Below the pieces are notes generated by a model, which saw only the letters and a list, made by a program, of their open reading frames with translations, was not told the DNA's origin and searched no databases. From a virus (lineage: Duplodnaviria > Caudoviricetes), in IMG/VR virus record IMGVR_UViG_3300022074_005559: DNA of 64,000 nt, one strand, 5' to 3'. Both the position numbers and the translations under genes were made by a program. This document shows, piece after piece, positions 45,850 to 55,613 of this stretch (positions are counted from its first letter, which is position 1; the number at the start of each line of letters is the position of its first letter).

Positions 45850-46467
45850 ATGTCAGTTTCATCATTAACAAAGTTTACAGTACCTATTGACGGTGATCAG
45901 AGTGCATCAAGCCAAGGCTTGTTGATGCCAAAACTAAAGTATCGCTTTAGAGCGAGCTTTGAAAACTTTGGTATTAGTACTCCACGTACTGAAATGACTA
46001 AACAAGTTATGAATATCACAAGACCTGCAGTGACTTTTGAAGAACAGCAGATTGATATCTACAACAGTAAAGTCTATTTGGTAGGTAAGCACACTTGGGA
46101 TCCTGTGACTATCACTATGCGTGATGATGTAAACGGTGGCGTCACAAAGTTGTGTGGAGAGCAAATCCAGAAGCAGTTTGACTTTATGGAGCAGAGCAGT
46201 GCTAGTTCAGGTATTGACTACAAGTTCGTTACACGTTTTGAACTACTAGACGGCGGTAACGGTGCTAACACTCCATCAGTGTTGGAAACATGGGAACTAT
46301 ATGGATGCTTTGTACAAAACATCAACTATGGTGATTTAGATTACGCATCACAAGATCCAGCAACCATTACTTTGCAACTTAGATTTGACAACGCTGTGCA
46401 ATCTCCACTAGGTGATGGCATTGGTGCTGCAGTAACGAGAACACTTGGTCAAACAGTAACTGGCTAA
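45850..46467 (+). CDS. gp19: Tail tube protein
   Basis: LMPKLKYRFRA, GKHTWDPVTITMRDD, ETWELYGCF, ITLQLRFDNA; follows the sheath gene; TAAATA at 45816-45821. Confidence 0.9.
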   Translation: MSVSSLTKFTVPIDGDQSASSQGLLMPKLKYRFRASFENFGISTPRTEMTKQVMNITRPAVTFEEQQIDIYNSKVYLVGKHTWDPVTITMRDDVNGGVTKLCGEQIQKQFDFMEQSSASSGIDYKFVTRFELLDGGNGANTPSVLETWELYGCFVQNINYGDLDYASQDPATITLQLRFDNAVQSPLGDGIGAAVTRTLGQTVTG

Positions 46468-46479
46468 TAGGAGTTTTCT

Positions 46480-47742
46480 ATGGCTAGTGTGAATCCATTA
46501 CTAAATGGTTTATCAGCGACAGGTACAGTGCGTGACTACAAACATGGGTCACGCACTTTTGTTGATAACAACTTTGAACTACAACCACGTTACAGTAATC
46601 TGTTTCATGTTGTGTTTGAGTTTACACCTGACGCAAGTACTTTATTCAATACAGTTGATCAACTGGAAATACCTATACTTGTAAAAAGTGTAGATCTTCC
46701 AGCATATACTATTGACGTACAAACACACAATCAGTATAATAGAAGAACACAGAGCCATCACAGAATAGACTATCAACCTATTACAGTAAGATTCCATGAT
46801 GACCAAAAAGAAGTTATTAGAAATATGTGGCACAAATACTACATATACTACAACGCGGATCCAACATACGCATTAGATGGAAACAGTTATACTACTACAG
46901 ACAAGTACACAGATCGCACACAACAACAATGGGGCATGCAAAGAGGCAACAAAAGGTTCTTTAAAAACATTAAAATATACAGCATGCACAATCATAAGTT
47001 TGCTGAATACACGCTGATTAATCCTATTATTACAAGTTTTCAGCATGATGCTCATGCTTATGCTAGTGGTGCATTGATGGAGCATACAATGCAACTTGCA
47101 TATGAAACTGTAAAATATGCAACTGGTTATGTGAATAATATTAGCCCACGTGGATTTGGTGATATACATTACGATGTTGAGACCAGTGATCTAAGTAATA
47201 ATCTGCCAGAAAACCAAGCATTTATTGATGGTAGTTTACAAAGTGTAGAAGGACAACGAAGTAGAGACTTGTTCCAAGGCAATGTTATTGGTGTCATCAA
47301 AGATGCAACCATAATACATGATGAAGCAAGACTTGGCTTTAACCTTACCGGAGGATTGTTGCAGGATACCCTTGCTATTGTTGCAAACAATGCACTGACA
47401 GGCAAGAAACTAAGCAGTAATGTTCTTGTGCCTGTGACAGGTGCTATTGAAGCGGCTGTAACAAATAAAGTTAATGAAGTTGGCATAGTATCAGCTGCAG
47501 AAGGCTATATAAAATCAGGTGTAAACTTTGTAGGTGATTTGTTTGAGGGAAAAGTTTCAAGTCAAGGACAAAACATACAAACACAAAACAACACTAGAAG
47601 AGTTAGTCAAAATAACTTCGGTGGTGCTAAAATAGCTCCAAGCGGAGATAGAACACAGAGTTACCCAGGTAAAATCAGTGATACAAATCTTGTAGCAGAC
47701 TTCGCTAGAGGGTTAGGTATTGGTAACAACAGGATAAGTTAA
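46480..47742 (+). CDS. Tube-fold baseplate protein (gp48/gp54-like)
   Basis: VKSVDLPAY...YNRRT...YQPITVRFHDD...LINPIITSF...MQLAYE, a tube-like pattern right after gp19. Confidence 0.6.
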   Translation: MASVNPLLNGLSATGTVRDYKHGSRTFVDNNFELQPRYSNLFHVVFEFTPDASTLFNTVDQLEIPILVKSVDLPAYTIDVQTHNQYNRRTQSHHRIDYQPITVRFHDDQKEVIRNMWHKYYIYYNADPTYALDGNSYTTTDKYTDRTQQQWGMQRGNKRFFKNIKIYSMHNHKFAEYTLINPIITSFQHDAHAYASGALMEHTMQLAYETVKYATGYVNNISPRGFGDIHYDVETSDLSNNLPENQAFIDGSLQSVEGQRSRDLFQGNVIGVIKDATIIHDEARLGFNLTGGLLQDTLAIVANNALTGKKLSSNVLVPVTGAIEAAVTNKVNEVGIVSAAEGYIKSGVNFVGDLFEGKVSSQGQNIQTQNNTRRVSQNNFGGAKIAPSGDRTQSYPGKISDTNLVADFARGLGIGNNRIS

Positions 47743-48113
47743 TGTCTCAAAATACAAATCTACCTCTAACAAATCCAGCTGATGTTTTTGACCAGCGTGT
47801 GCAAGATTATTTTGTTAACTATTTTGCTGACGATATTGTTATGACTGACAATGAATACGAAGCAGCAAAATCATTTTTTATTGCTAGAACTAACACAGAA
47901 GAAGCAGCCGCTGCACTTACTGCGGCAACTGTAGAAGCCGCAAACAGATTAAACATTTATATTTTAGATGTCCTTAAACAGTTTGAAGATAGCGAAGATC
48001 TTAAAAGTGCAGTTCCAACTTTTTTAAATCTCAGTCGTAGATCAACTAGTTTGCTAGGATACGAAGCAGACATTCAGCCAACAGAAAATATGAAACGCCA
48101 AGTGGAGGCGTAA
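47742..48113 (+). CDS. Hypothetical protein
   Basis: 123-aa ORF, translationally coupled (TAATG) within the tail operon. Confidence 0.6.
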   Translation: MSQNTNLPLTNPADVFDQRVQDYFVNYFADDIVMTDNEYEAAKSFFIARTNTEEAAAALTAATVEAANRLNIYILDVLKQFEDSEDLKSAVPTFLNLSRRSTSLLGYEADIQPTENMKRQVEA

Positions 48114-48114
48114 C

Positions 48115-48555
48115 ATGTTCAGCCGTAACAAATACGCAAACGGTATATATACAATCAAGAATCCAGGAAAATATAGCGGCAACAAAGAGCCTCGCTATCG
48201 AAGTGCCTGGGAACATGCGTTTATGCGCTTTTGTGATAATCATCCAAGTGTTATTAGTTGGGCTAGTGAAGCAATATCTATACCATATCGTAATCCACTG
48301 ACAGGCAAAGGTACTATATATGTGCCTGACTTTGTTGTAGTATATCAAAACAAACAAGGTCAAAAACATGCCGAGCTTATTGAAATCAAACCTAAAGCAC
48401 AGACCATGCTTACCGAAAAGACTCGTGAAAAAGAGAAACTAGCAATCGCTATTAACCATGCAAAGTGGGAAGCGGCTGCAAAGTGGGCGAAACACAAAGG
48501 TCTTCGCTTTCGTGTCGTGACAGAAGACGACATATTTCACAACGGTAAACGCTAG
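48115..48555 (+). CDS. gp4: Head completion nuclease (TnsA-like PD-(D/E)xK)
   Basis: NPGKYSG...YRSAWE...FCDNHPSVISWASE...IPY...YVPDF...EIKP. Confidence 0.85.
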   Translation: MFSRNKYANGIYTIKNPGKYSGNKEPRYRSAWEHAFMRFCDNHPSVISWASEAISIPYRNPLTGKGTIYVPDFVVVYQNKQGQKHAELIEIKPKAQTMLTEKTREKEKLAIAINHAKWEAAAKWAKHKGLRFRVVTEDDIFHNGKR

Positions 48556-48594
48556 CACTAAGTACTAGTACTTCATACAATCCTAGGAGAATCA

Positions 48595-49632
48595 TTGATG
48601 TTAATAGACATTGTTGCAAACAAGCCTCTGCAAAACTTCTATTTGCAGGACGTAGACGGCAACATAGTAAACTTTGAATGTGGAAAGTTTTTTGATGTAT
48701 CTTATACTTGGTATAAACTAGTGATTGAATATCCTGGCAGTAAACTAAAAATACAAGATATCAAGATAAACGGACGTACATTGGAAAACTTGCTATATAG
48801 TGGATGGTTTTTAGAAACAAGCACAGGAAACAAAGTTTGTCCAGGTACAACATTATATACTCAAGGACAGTATGAAATCTGGATACATCCAAATATTGGA
48901 CTGATATGGCAAACGTTAAAAGAAAGTATTGTACATCGAGATTTTAGTACTAACTTATTTGACAAGTATATACACACTATAGATACTCCTGTAACACTAA
49001 GCACAGACTATCCTGAGCATGTGAGAGGTTTCTTTTCACATAGCAATGGTCCTAGATGGTGGCGTAAAAACAGTGTAACCACTCCTTACGAAACACTAGA
49101 TCCTAGTGTGCTTGCAGACATTGATAAGAAAAAACTATTAGCAGAAATGGATGCAATGTGCGAGTTTAACAGAGATAGCAAAGAGTTTGCCTTTCCTAAA
49201 AAAGGAGTTGAACTCCGAGGAGGACGCAGATGTTTCAGAGAAAGCCCGTATTTGCCTTTTACAGAGATAGAAGATTTGCCAGGAGAAGAACTGCAAAAAC
49301 TCTGTAAACTTGTTGGATTTAAACGTATGCTTGCAGTAACATTGCAAACACAATATCCAGGTGAAACATTTGCTCCACATGTGGATACACACTATGAACA
49401 GGAAACAAAAATGCACTTGCAAGGCCCTTGTAGTTTTGTGCTTAATCTAGCAGAGGACACAAAGGGACATTACTTTAAAGTAAGTCAAGCAGGATTGATA
49501 AACTTGGATCATGGCACTTTCTTTAACTTTAACTACTGTCATGCTACATGGAACAACAGTGATGTAGTAAGACCTTTGTGCATATTGTTTGGAGAACGTG
49601 ACAACGAGATAAACTGGTATCTCAATAACTAG
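48595..49632 (+). CDS. Protein with C-terminal 2OG-Fe(II)/Asp-hydroxylase-like domain
   Basis: PGETFAPHVD (HxD) ... HATWNNSDVVRPLCIL; AGGAG SD. Confidence 0.6.
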   Translation: MMLIDIVANKPLQNFYLQDVDGNIVNFECGKFFDVSYTWYKLVIEYPGSKLKIQDIKINGRTLENLLYSGWFLETSTGNKVCPGTTLYTQGQYEIWIHPNIGLIWQTLKESIVHRDFSTNLFDKYIHTIDTPVTLSTDYPEHVRGFFSHSNGPRWWRKNSVTTPYETLDPSVLADIDKKKLLAEMDAMCEFNRDSKEFAFPKKGVELRGGRRCFRESPYLPFTEIEDLPGEELQKLCKLVGFKRMLAVTLQTQYPGETFAPHVDTHYEQETKMHLQGPCSFVLNLAEDTKGHYFKVSQAGLINLDHGTFFNFNYCHATWNNSDVVRPLCILFGERDNEINWYLNN

Positions 49633-49641
49633 GAAAATATT

Positions 49642-50154
49642 ATGACTAAAAAACTAGAAGAACTATTTGATTTAGATACAACAGATCAACTAGACATCAC
49701 AGCAGAAGAAAACAAGGAAGTCGTTGAAACTGTTACAGCGGAAGATATTCCACAACTGCAAACTGCGCTAACAAATGTAGACAAGATTGATGCTGCACTG
49801 CCTAGTGTGAAAGACTTGGAAAGCAGTGATAAAGAAATGGATGATATTGCACAGATGGCACAGGACACATTTAAAGACTTAATGGATCTTGGCATGAATG
49901 TAGAAGCACGTTTTAGTGGCGAAATCTTCAGCAATGCAAGCCGTATGTTGGATACTGCGCTGAGTGCAAAAGCACACAAAGTAAACAAAAAACTAAAAAT
50001 GGTTGACCTACAGTTGAAAAAAGCCAATCTTGATGCTAGACTTGCTAAAGAAGCAAAAGCAAATGGCGAAGATACTGAAGAAGGTGATGGTCAAGTAGTA
50101 GATAGAAACGCTCTGCTTATGGAGATTTTAGGCAGAAATAATCCAGAAAAGTAA
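49642..50154 (+). CDS. Probable terminase small subunit (gp16-like)
   Basis: Helical, with AQDTFKDLMDLGMNVEARFSGEIFSNASRML and DRNALL; in the packaging region. Confidence 0.5.
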   Translation: MTKKLEELFDLDTTDQLDITAEENKEVVETVTAEDIPQLQTALTNVDKIDAALPSVKDLESSDKEMDDIAQMAQDTFKDLMDLGMNVEARFSGEIFSNASRMLDTALSAKAHKVNKKLKMVDLQLKKANLDARLAKEAKANGEDTEEGDGQVVDRNALLMEILGRNNPEK

Positions 50155-50186
50155 TAAATAGTAGTATATTAGCAAGGAATACGGCA

Positions 50187-50693
50187 ATGAAAAGTTTTAG
50201 AAGTTATCTTGTAGAAAGCGAACAAACATATAAGTTTCGCATTAAAATGGCAGAAAAGTGCAGTGATGAAACAATGGACGCACTAGAGACTGCTCTACAG
50301 AAATATGATATGAAGAGTATGAGCAAGCCAAAGAAAACTCCTATTCAAGAACATCCAATGGATTTTCAAACACTTACAAATGCAGAAGTGTTTATCATGG
50401 ATACAGAACTACAGTATCCAGTAACTGCACATCAGCTATATGAATATATTAGTCAAACTGTTGGCGTTCCTGCTAGTCATTTAGTTGTTATTGACCAAGC
50501 CCATCCTGAAGAGATTGCTCGTGAAGAAGCACTTAAAGAGGAAGGTGATGAGTATGAAGCAAAACTAGATGATGCAGAATACAAAGATGCGGATAAGATC
50601 AAAGCAGAAGATCACTTTGGTGACAAGTACAACGAGAACATGCTTAAAGATTTGGAAACCCGCAAGTACGAGTTTGCTAAGGAAGAAAAATGA
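50187..50693 (+). CDS. Candidate internal head protein
   Basis: N-terminus MKSFRSYLVE resembles the T4 capsid-targeting sequence; TAAATA at 50155-50160. Confidence 0.5.
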   Translation: MKSFRSYLVESEQTYKFRIKMAEKCSDETMDALETALQKYDMKSMSKPKKTPIQEHPMDFQTLTNAEVFIMDTELQYPVTAHQLYEYISQTVGVPASHLVVIDQAHPEEIAREEALKEEGDEYEAKLDDAEYKDADKIKAEDHFGDKYNENMLKDLETRKYEFAKEEK

Positions 50694-51475
50694 GAGATCT
50701 ACTAGAATCCCTGGACAGTATTGCAGAACAAGATCTAGACGAGCGTGTAACTTATAGTACACTTGCTAAACTAAGCGGTATTGAAAACCCAGATAAGATT
50801 TATCCAGGTCAAAAGATTACACTGCCGGGCGGCGGCAGTTACACAGTAAAGCGTGGCGATACACTTAGTGGTATAGCACAGGATTACAGACTAGGTAATA
50901 TTGGTAAATCAGGCCCTGATGGAAAATATGACGGTGATGACTTGGGTAATGCTCCTACAACTAAAAAAGGTAAAGGACCTGATCCACTAAACATCATGAA
51001 TCCATCACCTGAAGTCAGAGCAAAAGTAAAAGACAGACCTAAACAAGGTGGCGCTGATCCGTTAGGCATTTTTAGCCCTAAAAACAAAGCCGAGCCAAAA
51101 GCTACAAAAGCAGTAGACACAAAACCAGTAGACCAGACAGCTCAAATAACAAACAAATACAATGCGATTAAAAACATGGCAGGGGATAAAGCTGCAGACG
51201 TTTTTGCAAAAGGTGTACAGTCAGATCCAAGGGCATCACAAGATACTAAAAATGCTTTGCCTAATACATATTCTACGGATAAAGACGGCAAAATTACACC
51301 AGTTAGCAATCCTATTCAACCTAAAATGAAGCCTGCTGATCAACCTAAACCTCAGCCAACGCCAACTAAGCAACAACGTGCAGATAGTTTGTATCAGCAG
51401 ATCAAAAGCATGGTTGATGCCAAGCCCAGCACAAGCGGGCAAATGAAACGATTTAACACCGGAGACAAAAAATGA
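50690..51475 (+). CDS. LysM-containing protein with a Pro/Lys-rich tail
   Basis: GIENPDKIYPGQKITLP followed by YTVKRGDTLSGIA. Confidence 0.75.
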   Translation: MRDLLESLDSIAEQDLDERVTYSTLAKLSGIENPDKIYPGQKITLPGGGSYTVKRGDTLSGIAQDYRLGNIGKSGPDGKYDGDDLGNAPTTKKGKGPDPLNIMNPSPEVRAKVKDRPKQGGADPLGIFSPKNKAEPKATKAVDTKPVDQTAQITNKYNAIKNMAGDKAADVFAKGVQSDPRASQDTKNALPNTYSTDKDGKITPVSNPIQPKMKPADQPKPQPTPTKQQRADSLYQQIKSMVDAKPSTSGQMKRFNTGDKK

Positions 51476-52236
51476 ATATTGCTGAACTTAGAAACAGACT
51501 AGCAGATATCGCAGCTGAACTTGCAGAGCAAGACATTCAGCAAGAAGATGTTGCAGTTGAAGGCAAAAAAGATGACGAAGAGCATGAGTTAGAAAAACTT
51601 ATGAAAGGTTCGCCAATTGATATAGATGCATCAGGCCCAATGAATTCAAAGAAAATGAAGAAAGAAGCAGTTAAAGAAGTAGAAACACCTGAAGCAGAAC
51701 TAGAGTTTGCTGAAGAAGATGACCTAGAAGTTGAAGAAGCAGAAGAAGTTTCTGAGGAAGAAGTTGAAGAAACTGTTGAAGTTCCTGTAGCTGCACTTGA
51801 AGAACTTATGCAACTAGCAGGTTTTGATGGATACAAGCCAGTACAAGAATATGCTAACGAGCCAGAAGAAGAATACATGGACATTGAAGATCAACTTATT
51901 GGTCTAAGTGGCGGACTTAACGGACCTAAGAATATGCATCCTGCAGCAGCTGGTGGTGACAATCCAATGGATCAAGAGCCACGCAAAGTTGAAGAAGAAG
52001 ACACTATTGAAAGTGTAGAACAAAATCTATACAAGTCTTACAAAGACTTTTTAGAAGCACAAGAGATTGAACTTGACGAAGAACAAGCTGATGAAGGAAT
52101 CCAAGCAGTAGCAACTAAAGACGGAAAAATCATTGCAGGTGCTGGCAAAGGTGGTACTAGTAAATCCTGGTTGAAAAACAGAGACAGCAAGTACGATGAT
52201 GCTCCTCTAAGACAAGTTAGAAAAGATATGAAGTAA
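51472..52236 (+). CDS. Acidic hypothetical protein (candidate head-internal)
   Basis: Very Glu-rich with many (L/V/I)xE sites; QEYANEP and GLSGGLNGPK segments. Confidence 0.55.
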   Translation: MNIAELRNRLADIAAELAEQDIQQEDVAVEGKKDDEEHELEKLMKGSPIDIDASGPMNSKKMKKEAVKEVETPEAELEFAEEDDLEVEEAEEVSEEEVEETVEVPVAALEELMQLAGFDGYKPVQEYANEPEEEYMDIEDQLIGLSGGLNGPKNMHPAAAGGDNPMDQEPRKVEEEDTIESVEQNLYKSYKDFLEAQEIELDEEQADEGIQAVATKDGKIIAGAGKGGTSKSWLKNRDSKYDDAPLRQVRKDMK

Positions 52237-52496
52237 TGCGTGATTTATTGGAAAGCCTAGACCAACTTACAACTGAAGCATCAGGCGAGTTTGCAGAACC
52301 ATTCTACGAACTACAAGATGATTACTGTGGCGGTGAATGTCCAAGCGATGCACACAAAGCACTTATTGACGAGCTTGTAAACTTTATGAGCGGTGACGAT
52401 ATTAAACGCTTTGTCGCAGACTTCCGTAGAGAACATGACATGAATCACCCAGGTGAGGACGGCGACTACGGCGAGGATGATCCAAACTTCAGTTGA
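52236..52496 (+). CDS. Small acidic protein
   Basis: Starts MRDLLESLD, identical to the first 9 aa of 50690. Confidence 0.6.
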   Translation: MRDLLESLDQLTTEASGEFAEPFYELQDDYCGGECPSDAHKALIDELVNFMSGDDIKRFVADFRREHDMNHPGEDGDYGEDDPNFS

Positions 52497-53056
52497 TTCT
52501 GTAACAACCGATGAATATAGCGGTGACCTTCGTCATTAGGATGTAAGTGATCCGCTATATATTTTGACTTACTTTTATTATTACTTCCATCCGCACCTAA
52601 TATTCCTACCATTCCTGGTACACAATCCACATGCATGTATCTTAGATTGTTTAACTCACATGTAGTTTCTACTATGTGACGAGGATACCAACCGTGTAAC
52701 TGTTCTATGTAATCACAGTTTTGATGCAGTATATAATCACGAACGCTTTCTGTGTTTATACTGCCACGTTCTTTCTGTTGAATGTAGTTCATATGTTCCC
52801 AACGCTGTTGGTACTTGTTGTACCAACTTTGCCTATTAGGATGACTCCATCCAAATATAACTAAATCATCAGGCGTAATATCGGTGTAAGTTTCGCAAAA
52901 CTTTAATGCTATGTGAGGATTACTAGCACTGCTTTCACTGCGTTGTATAAAGTCATAGCCTAACTGTTCTGCTATGAGTTGCCCATAACAGATAGTGGCT
53001 TCCTCGCCTAAACTAACACTACACCCGTACTGAACTAGTTTCACGATATTCGCCAT
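52466..53056 (-). CDS. SGNH-like hydrolase
   Basis: YGCSVSLG, DLVIFGWS, DHLHPNDEGH. The start may be GTG 53044. Confidence 0.6.
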   Translation of the reverse strand: MANIVKLVQYGCSVSLGEEATICYGQLIAEQLGYDFIQRSESSASNPHIALKFCETYTDITPDDLVIFGWSHPNRQSWYNKYQQRWEHMNYIQQKERGSINTESVRDYILHQNCDYIEQLHGWYPRHIVETTCELNNLRYMHVDCVPGMVGILGADGSNNKSKSKYIADHLHPNDEGHRYIHRLLQNQLKFGSSSP

Positions 53057-53564
53057 TTGGAATGTAGTCTAGCCATGATTGATGTTTTACTTGAAACGGA
53101 AAACGGCTCCGAAGAGCCGCTAGTTGATATACATTTGGTTCAAACGGTTCCCGCATGGGCCGCCACAAATCACTGCCTTTGTCCCTATTGCAATCTTTGC
53201 AAGCACTAACAATGTTCATCCAACATGTAGTTCCGCCAGCACTACGAGGCTTTACATGGTCCATGGTAAGTTCTTTAAATGTATGTTCGTCTCCGCAATA
53301 CTGACACTTAAACTCGTCACGCATATGTACATTGAATCTACTAAAGCGTACAGGTTTTTTAATGTGATGATAGCGTTTTGTCATGATAGTTGCAGGAACT
53401 TTCATGGTAGTTGTTGGACTGCTAACTTCCCAATCTTCATACCAGTTAAGCACTGTTATACGATCTTGAAAGTAAAGTTTGACTGCTCTACGCCAGTCGA
53501 TGACACTGACAGGGAACTGTGATATAGGTTGTCCACTTGTGTTTAAAAGTAGCGTATCACTCAT
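53019..53564 (-). CDS. HNH endonuclease
   Basis: CQYCG...LTMDHVKPRSAGG...NIVSACKDCNRDKG; start reassigned to ATG 53564; TAAATA (-) at 53573-53578. Confidence 0.85.
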   Translation of the reverse strand: MSDTLLLNTSGQPISQFPVSVIDWRRAVKLYFQDRITVLNWYEDWEVSSPTTTMKVPATIMTKRYHHIKKPVRFSRFNVHMRDEFKCQYCGDEHTFKELTMDHVKPRSAGGTTCWMNIVSACKDCNRDKGSDLWRPMREPFEPNVYQLAALRSRFPFQVKHQSWLDYIPNGEYRETSSVRV

Positions 53565-53608
53565 TGCACTATTATTTACCACCCTGGGTTGTTTTTATAA
53601 ATATTTGT

Positions 53609-54034
53609 ATGAGATATGTTGACAATCATTACATATCTGCTTTTAAGGATTGCATTGCGCAAACCAGTCAACATGCGGGCTACACATTGCCAGAGGATGT
53701 AGAAGCATACTGTGCAATACTATTAGGCAGCTTTGTTGACCGTCCAGATTTTCTACCTGCGGATAGTTTTGCAGAAAGTTATCTTCAATTAACGAGACGA
53801 GATAGCGCAAACGCAAAAGAACTTGCAGATGTGTGTTTGTTTGTAGTTAGTGTTTTTCCTGACTATGGAGTGAGCACAGACTACTATATTAATATTGGCA
53901 AGACAAGTTATGACATTGCCAGTAAACAACTACATTATAACCTATTTCAGGATCTATGTCAACATTTTGAAATCGTCAGCGAAGTCATCAGACTAAGTAC
54001 AACACCGCAACAGTTTAAAGTAAGGATTGGTTAA
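53609..54034 (+). CDS. Hypothetical helical protein
   Basis: Start reassigned to ATG 53609, 5 nt after TATAAATA (53596-53603); coupled to terL by TAATG. Confidence 0.6.
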   Translation: MRYVDNHYISAFKDCIAQTSQHAGYTLPEDVEAYCAILLGSFVDRPDFLPADSFAESYLQLTRRDSANAKELADVCLFVVSVFPDYGVSTDYYINIGKTSYDIASKQLHYNLFQDLCQHFEIVSEVIRLSTTPQQFKVRIG

Positions 54035-55599
54035 TGTCTAAAAGCCTAGACGGTGTGCTAGTTAAAAAAGCATACAAAAAAGAAACATTTACTCGTGAAC
54101 AACTCACAGAGTTTGCTAAGTGCGCCGATCCTAAGAACGGAGTAAAATACTTTCTCAGCAACTATTTTGCTATTCAGCACCCTACTAAAGGTCGTATGGT
54201 GTATAATCCGTTTGAATACCAAGAAAAACTTATAGACGTTTATCACAACTATCGCTTTAACATTAACATGTTGCCCAGACAAACAGGCAAATCAACAACA
54301 GCCGCAGGCTACTTGCTATGGTATGCAATGTTTGTACCAGACAGTGTAATCCTTATTGCGGCACACAAGTATGCTGGTGCGCAGGAGATTATGCAACGCA
54401 TACGCTATGCTTATGAACTGTGTCCAGATCATATTCGTGCAGGTGTTACTAGTTATAACAAGGGTAGCATTGACTTTGATAATGGCAGTCGTATTGTAGC
54501 ACAAGCAACTACAGACAACACTGGTCGAGGCATGAGTATTACATTGCTATACTGTGATGAGTTTGCATTTGTGCGTCCTAGTATTGCTCGTGAGTTTTGG
54601 ACTAGTATTTCGCCTACGCTAGCAACAGGTGGTAAGGCTATTATTACAAGTACACCTAACAGTGACGAAGACCAGTTTGCAACTATTTGGCGTGATGCTA
54701 ACAAAACATTTGATAGCGATGGAGAAGAAACAGATATAGGTGTTAATGGCTTTAAGAGTTACCGCAGTTACTGGTGGGAACATCCAGACAGAGACGATCA
54801 ATGGAAAGCAGAAGAACTAGGTCGTATTGGAGAAGAACGTTTTAGACGTGAACACGATTGTGAGTTTATTATCTTCGATGAAACATTGATCGACAGTCTT
54901 GTGCTTACTAACATGATTGGCAATGATCCTAGTTTTAGACACGGCAAAGTACGTTGGTATAAAAAACCAGAAAAAGGCAAAAGTTATCTAGTAGGACTTG
55001 ATCCTAGTTTGGGTACTGGCGGAGATCCAGCGGCTATTGAGATATTTGAAGTGCCTAGTATGATACAGGTAGGCGAATGGAGTCATAACAAAACTCCTAT
55101 TCCACAACAAGTTCGCATATTAATGGACATAACAAAGTATCTAGTTGAGGAATGCGGTGATAACAATAGTGTGTACTACAGTGTAGAGAACAATACTATT
55201 GGCGAAGCAGCATTAATGAGCATTGCAGAAATAGGTGAAGAAAACATATCAGGATTTTTCTTAACAGAACCAAAATCACACGGCAATGCTAGAGCATATA
55301 GAAGAGGCTTTAACACTACACATCGCAGTAAACTAACAGTCTGTGCTAAGTTCAAAACACTGGTAGAAACAGAAAAAGTAAAGATAAACAGCAAAGCTCT
55401 TATTAGTGAACTTAAAAGTTTCATTGCTAGTGGAAATAGTTACAGTGCTAAAGTAGGTGATACAGATGACCTAGTAATGGCAACACTGTTAGTAATGCGT
55501 ATGGCACAAACGCTGAAAAGTTACAATCCAGAGCTTGATAGTCACATGGCAGACAGTGACGATTATAACATGGATCCGATGCCATTCATTATGATGTAG
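54034..55599 (+). CDS. gp17: Terminase large subunit
   Basis: Walker A PRQTGKSTT, Walker B LLYCDEFAF, IITSTPN, nuclease GLDPSLG and DDLVMA; no intein or intron interruption seen. Confidence 0.97.
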   Translation: MSKSLDGVLVKKAYKKETFTREQLTEFAKCADPKNGVKYFLSNYFAIQHPTKGRMVYNPFEYQEKLIDVYHNYRFNINMLPRQTGKSTTAAGYLLWYAMFVPDSVILIAAHKYAGAQEIMQRIRYAYELCPDHIRAGVTSYNKGSIDFDNGSRIVAQATTDNTGRGMSITLLYCDEFAFVRPSIAREFWTSISPTLATGGKAIITSTPNSDEDQFATIWRDANKTFDSDGEETDIGVNGFKSYRSYWWEHPDRDDQWKAEELGRIGEERFRREHDCEFIIFDETLIDSLVLTNMIGNDPSFRHGKVRWYKKPEKGKSYLVGLDPSLGTGGDPAAIEIFEVPSMIQVGEWSHNKTPIPQQVRILMDITKYLVEECGDNNSVYYSVENNTIGEAALMSIAEIGEENISGFFLTEPKSHGNARAYRRGFNTTHRSKLTVCAKFKTLVETEKVKINSKALISELKSFIASGNSYSAKVGDTDDLVMATLLVMRMAQTLKSYNPELDSHMADSDDYNMDPMPFIMM

Positions 55600-55613
55600 G
55601 CATAAATACATAT

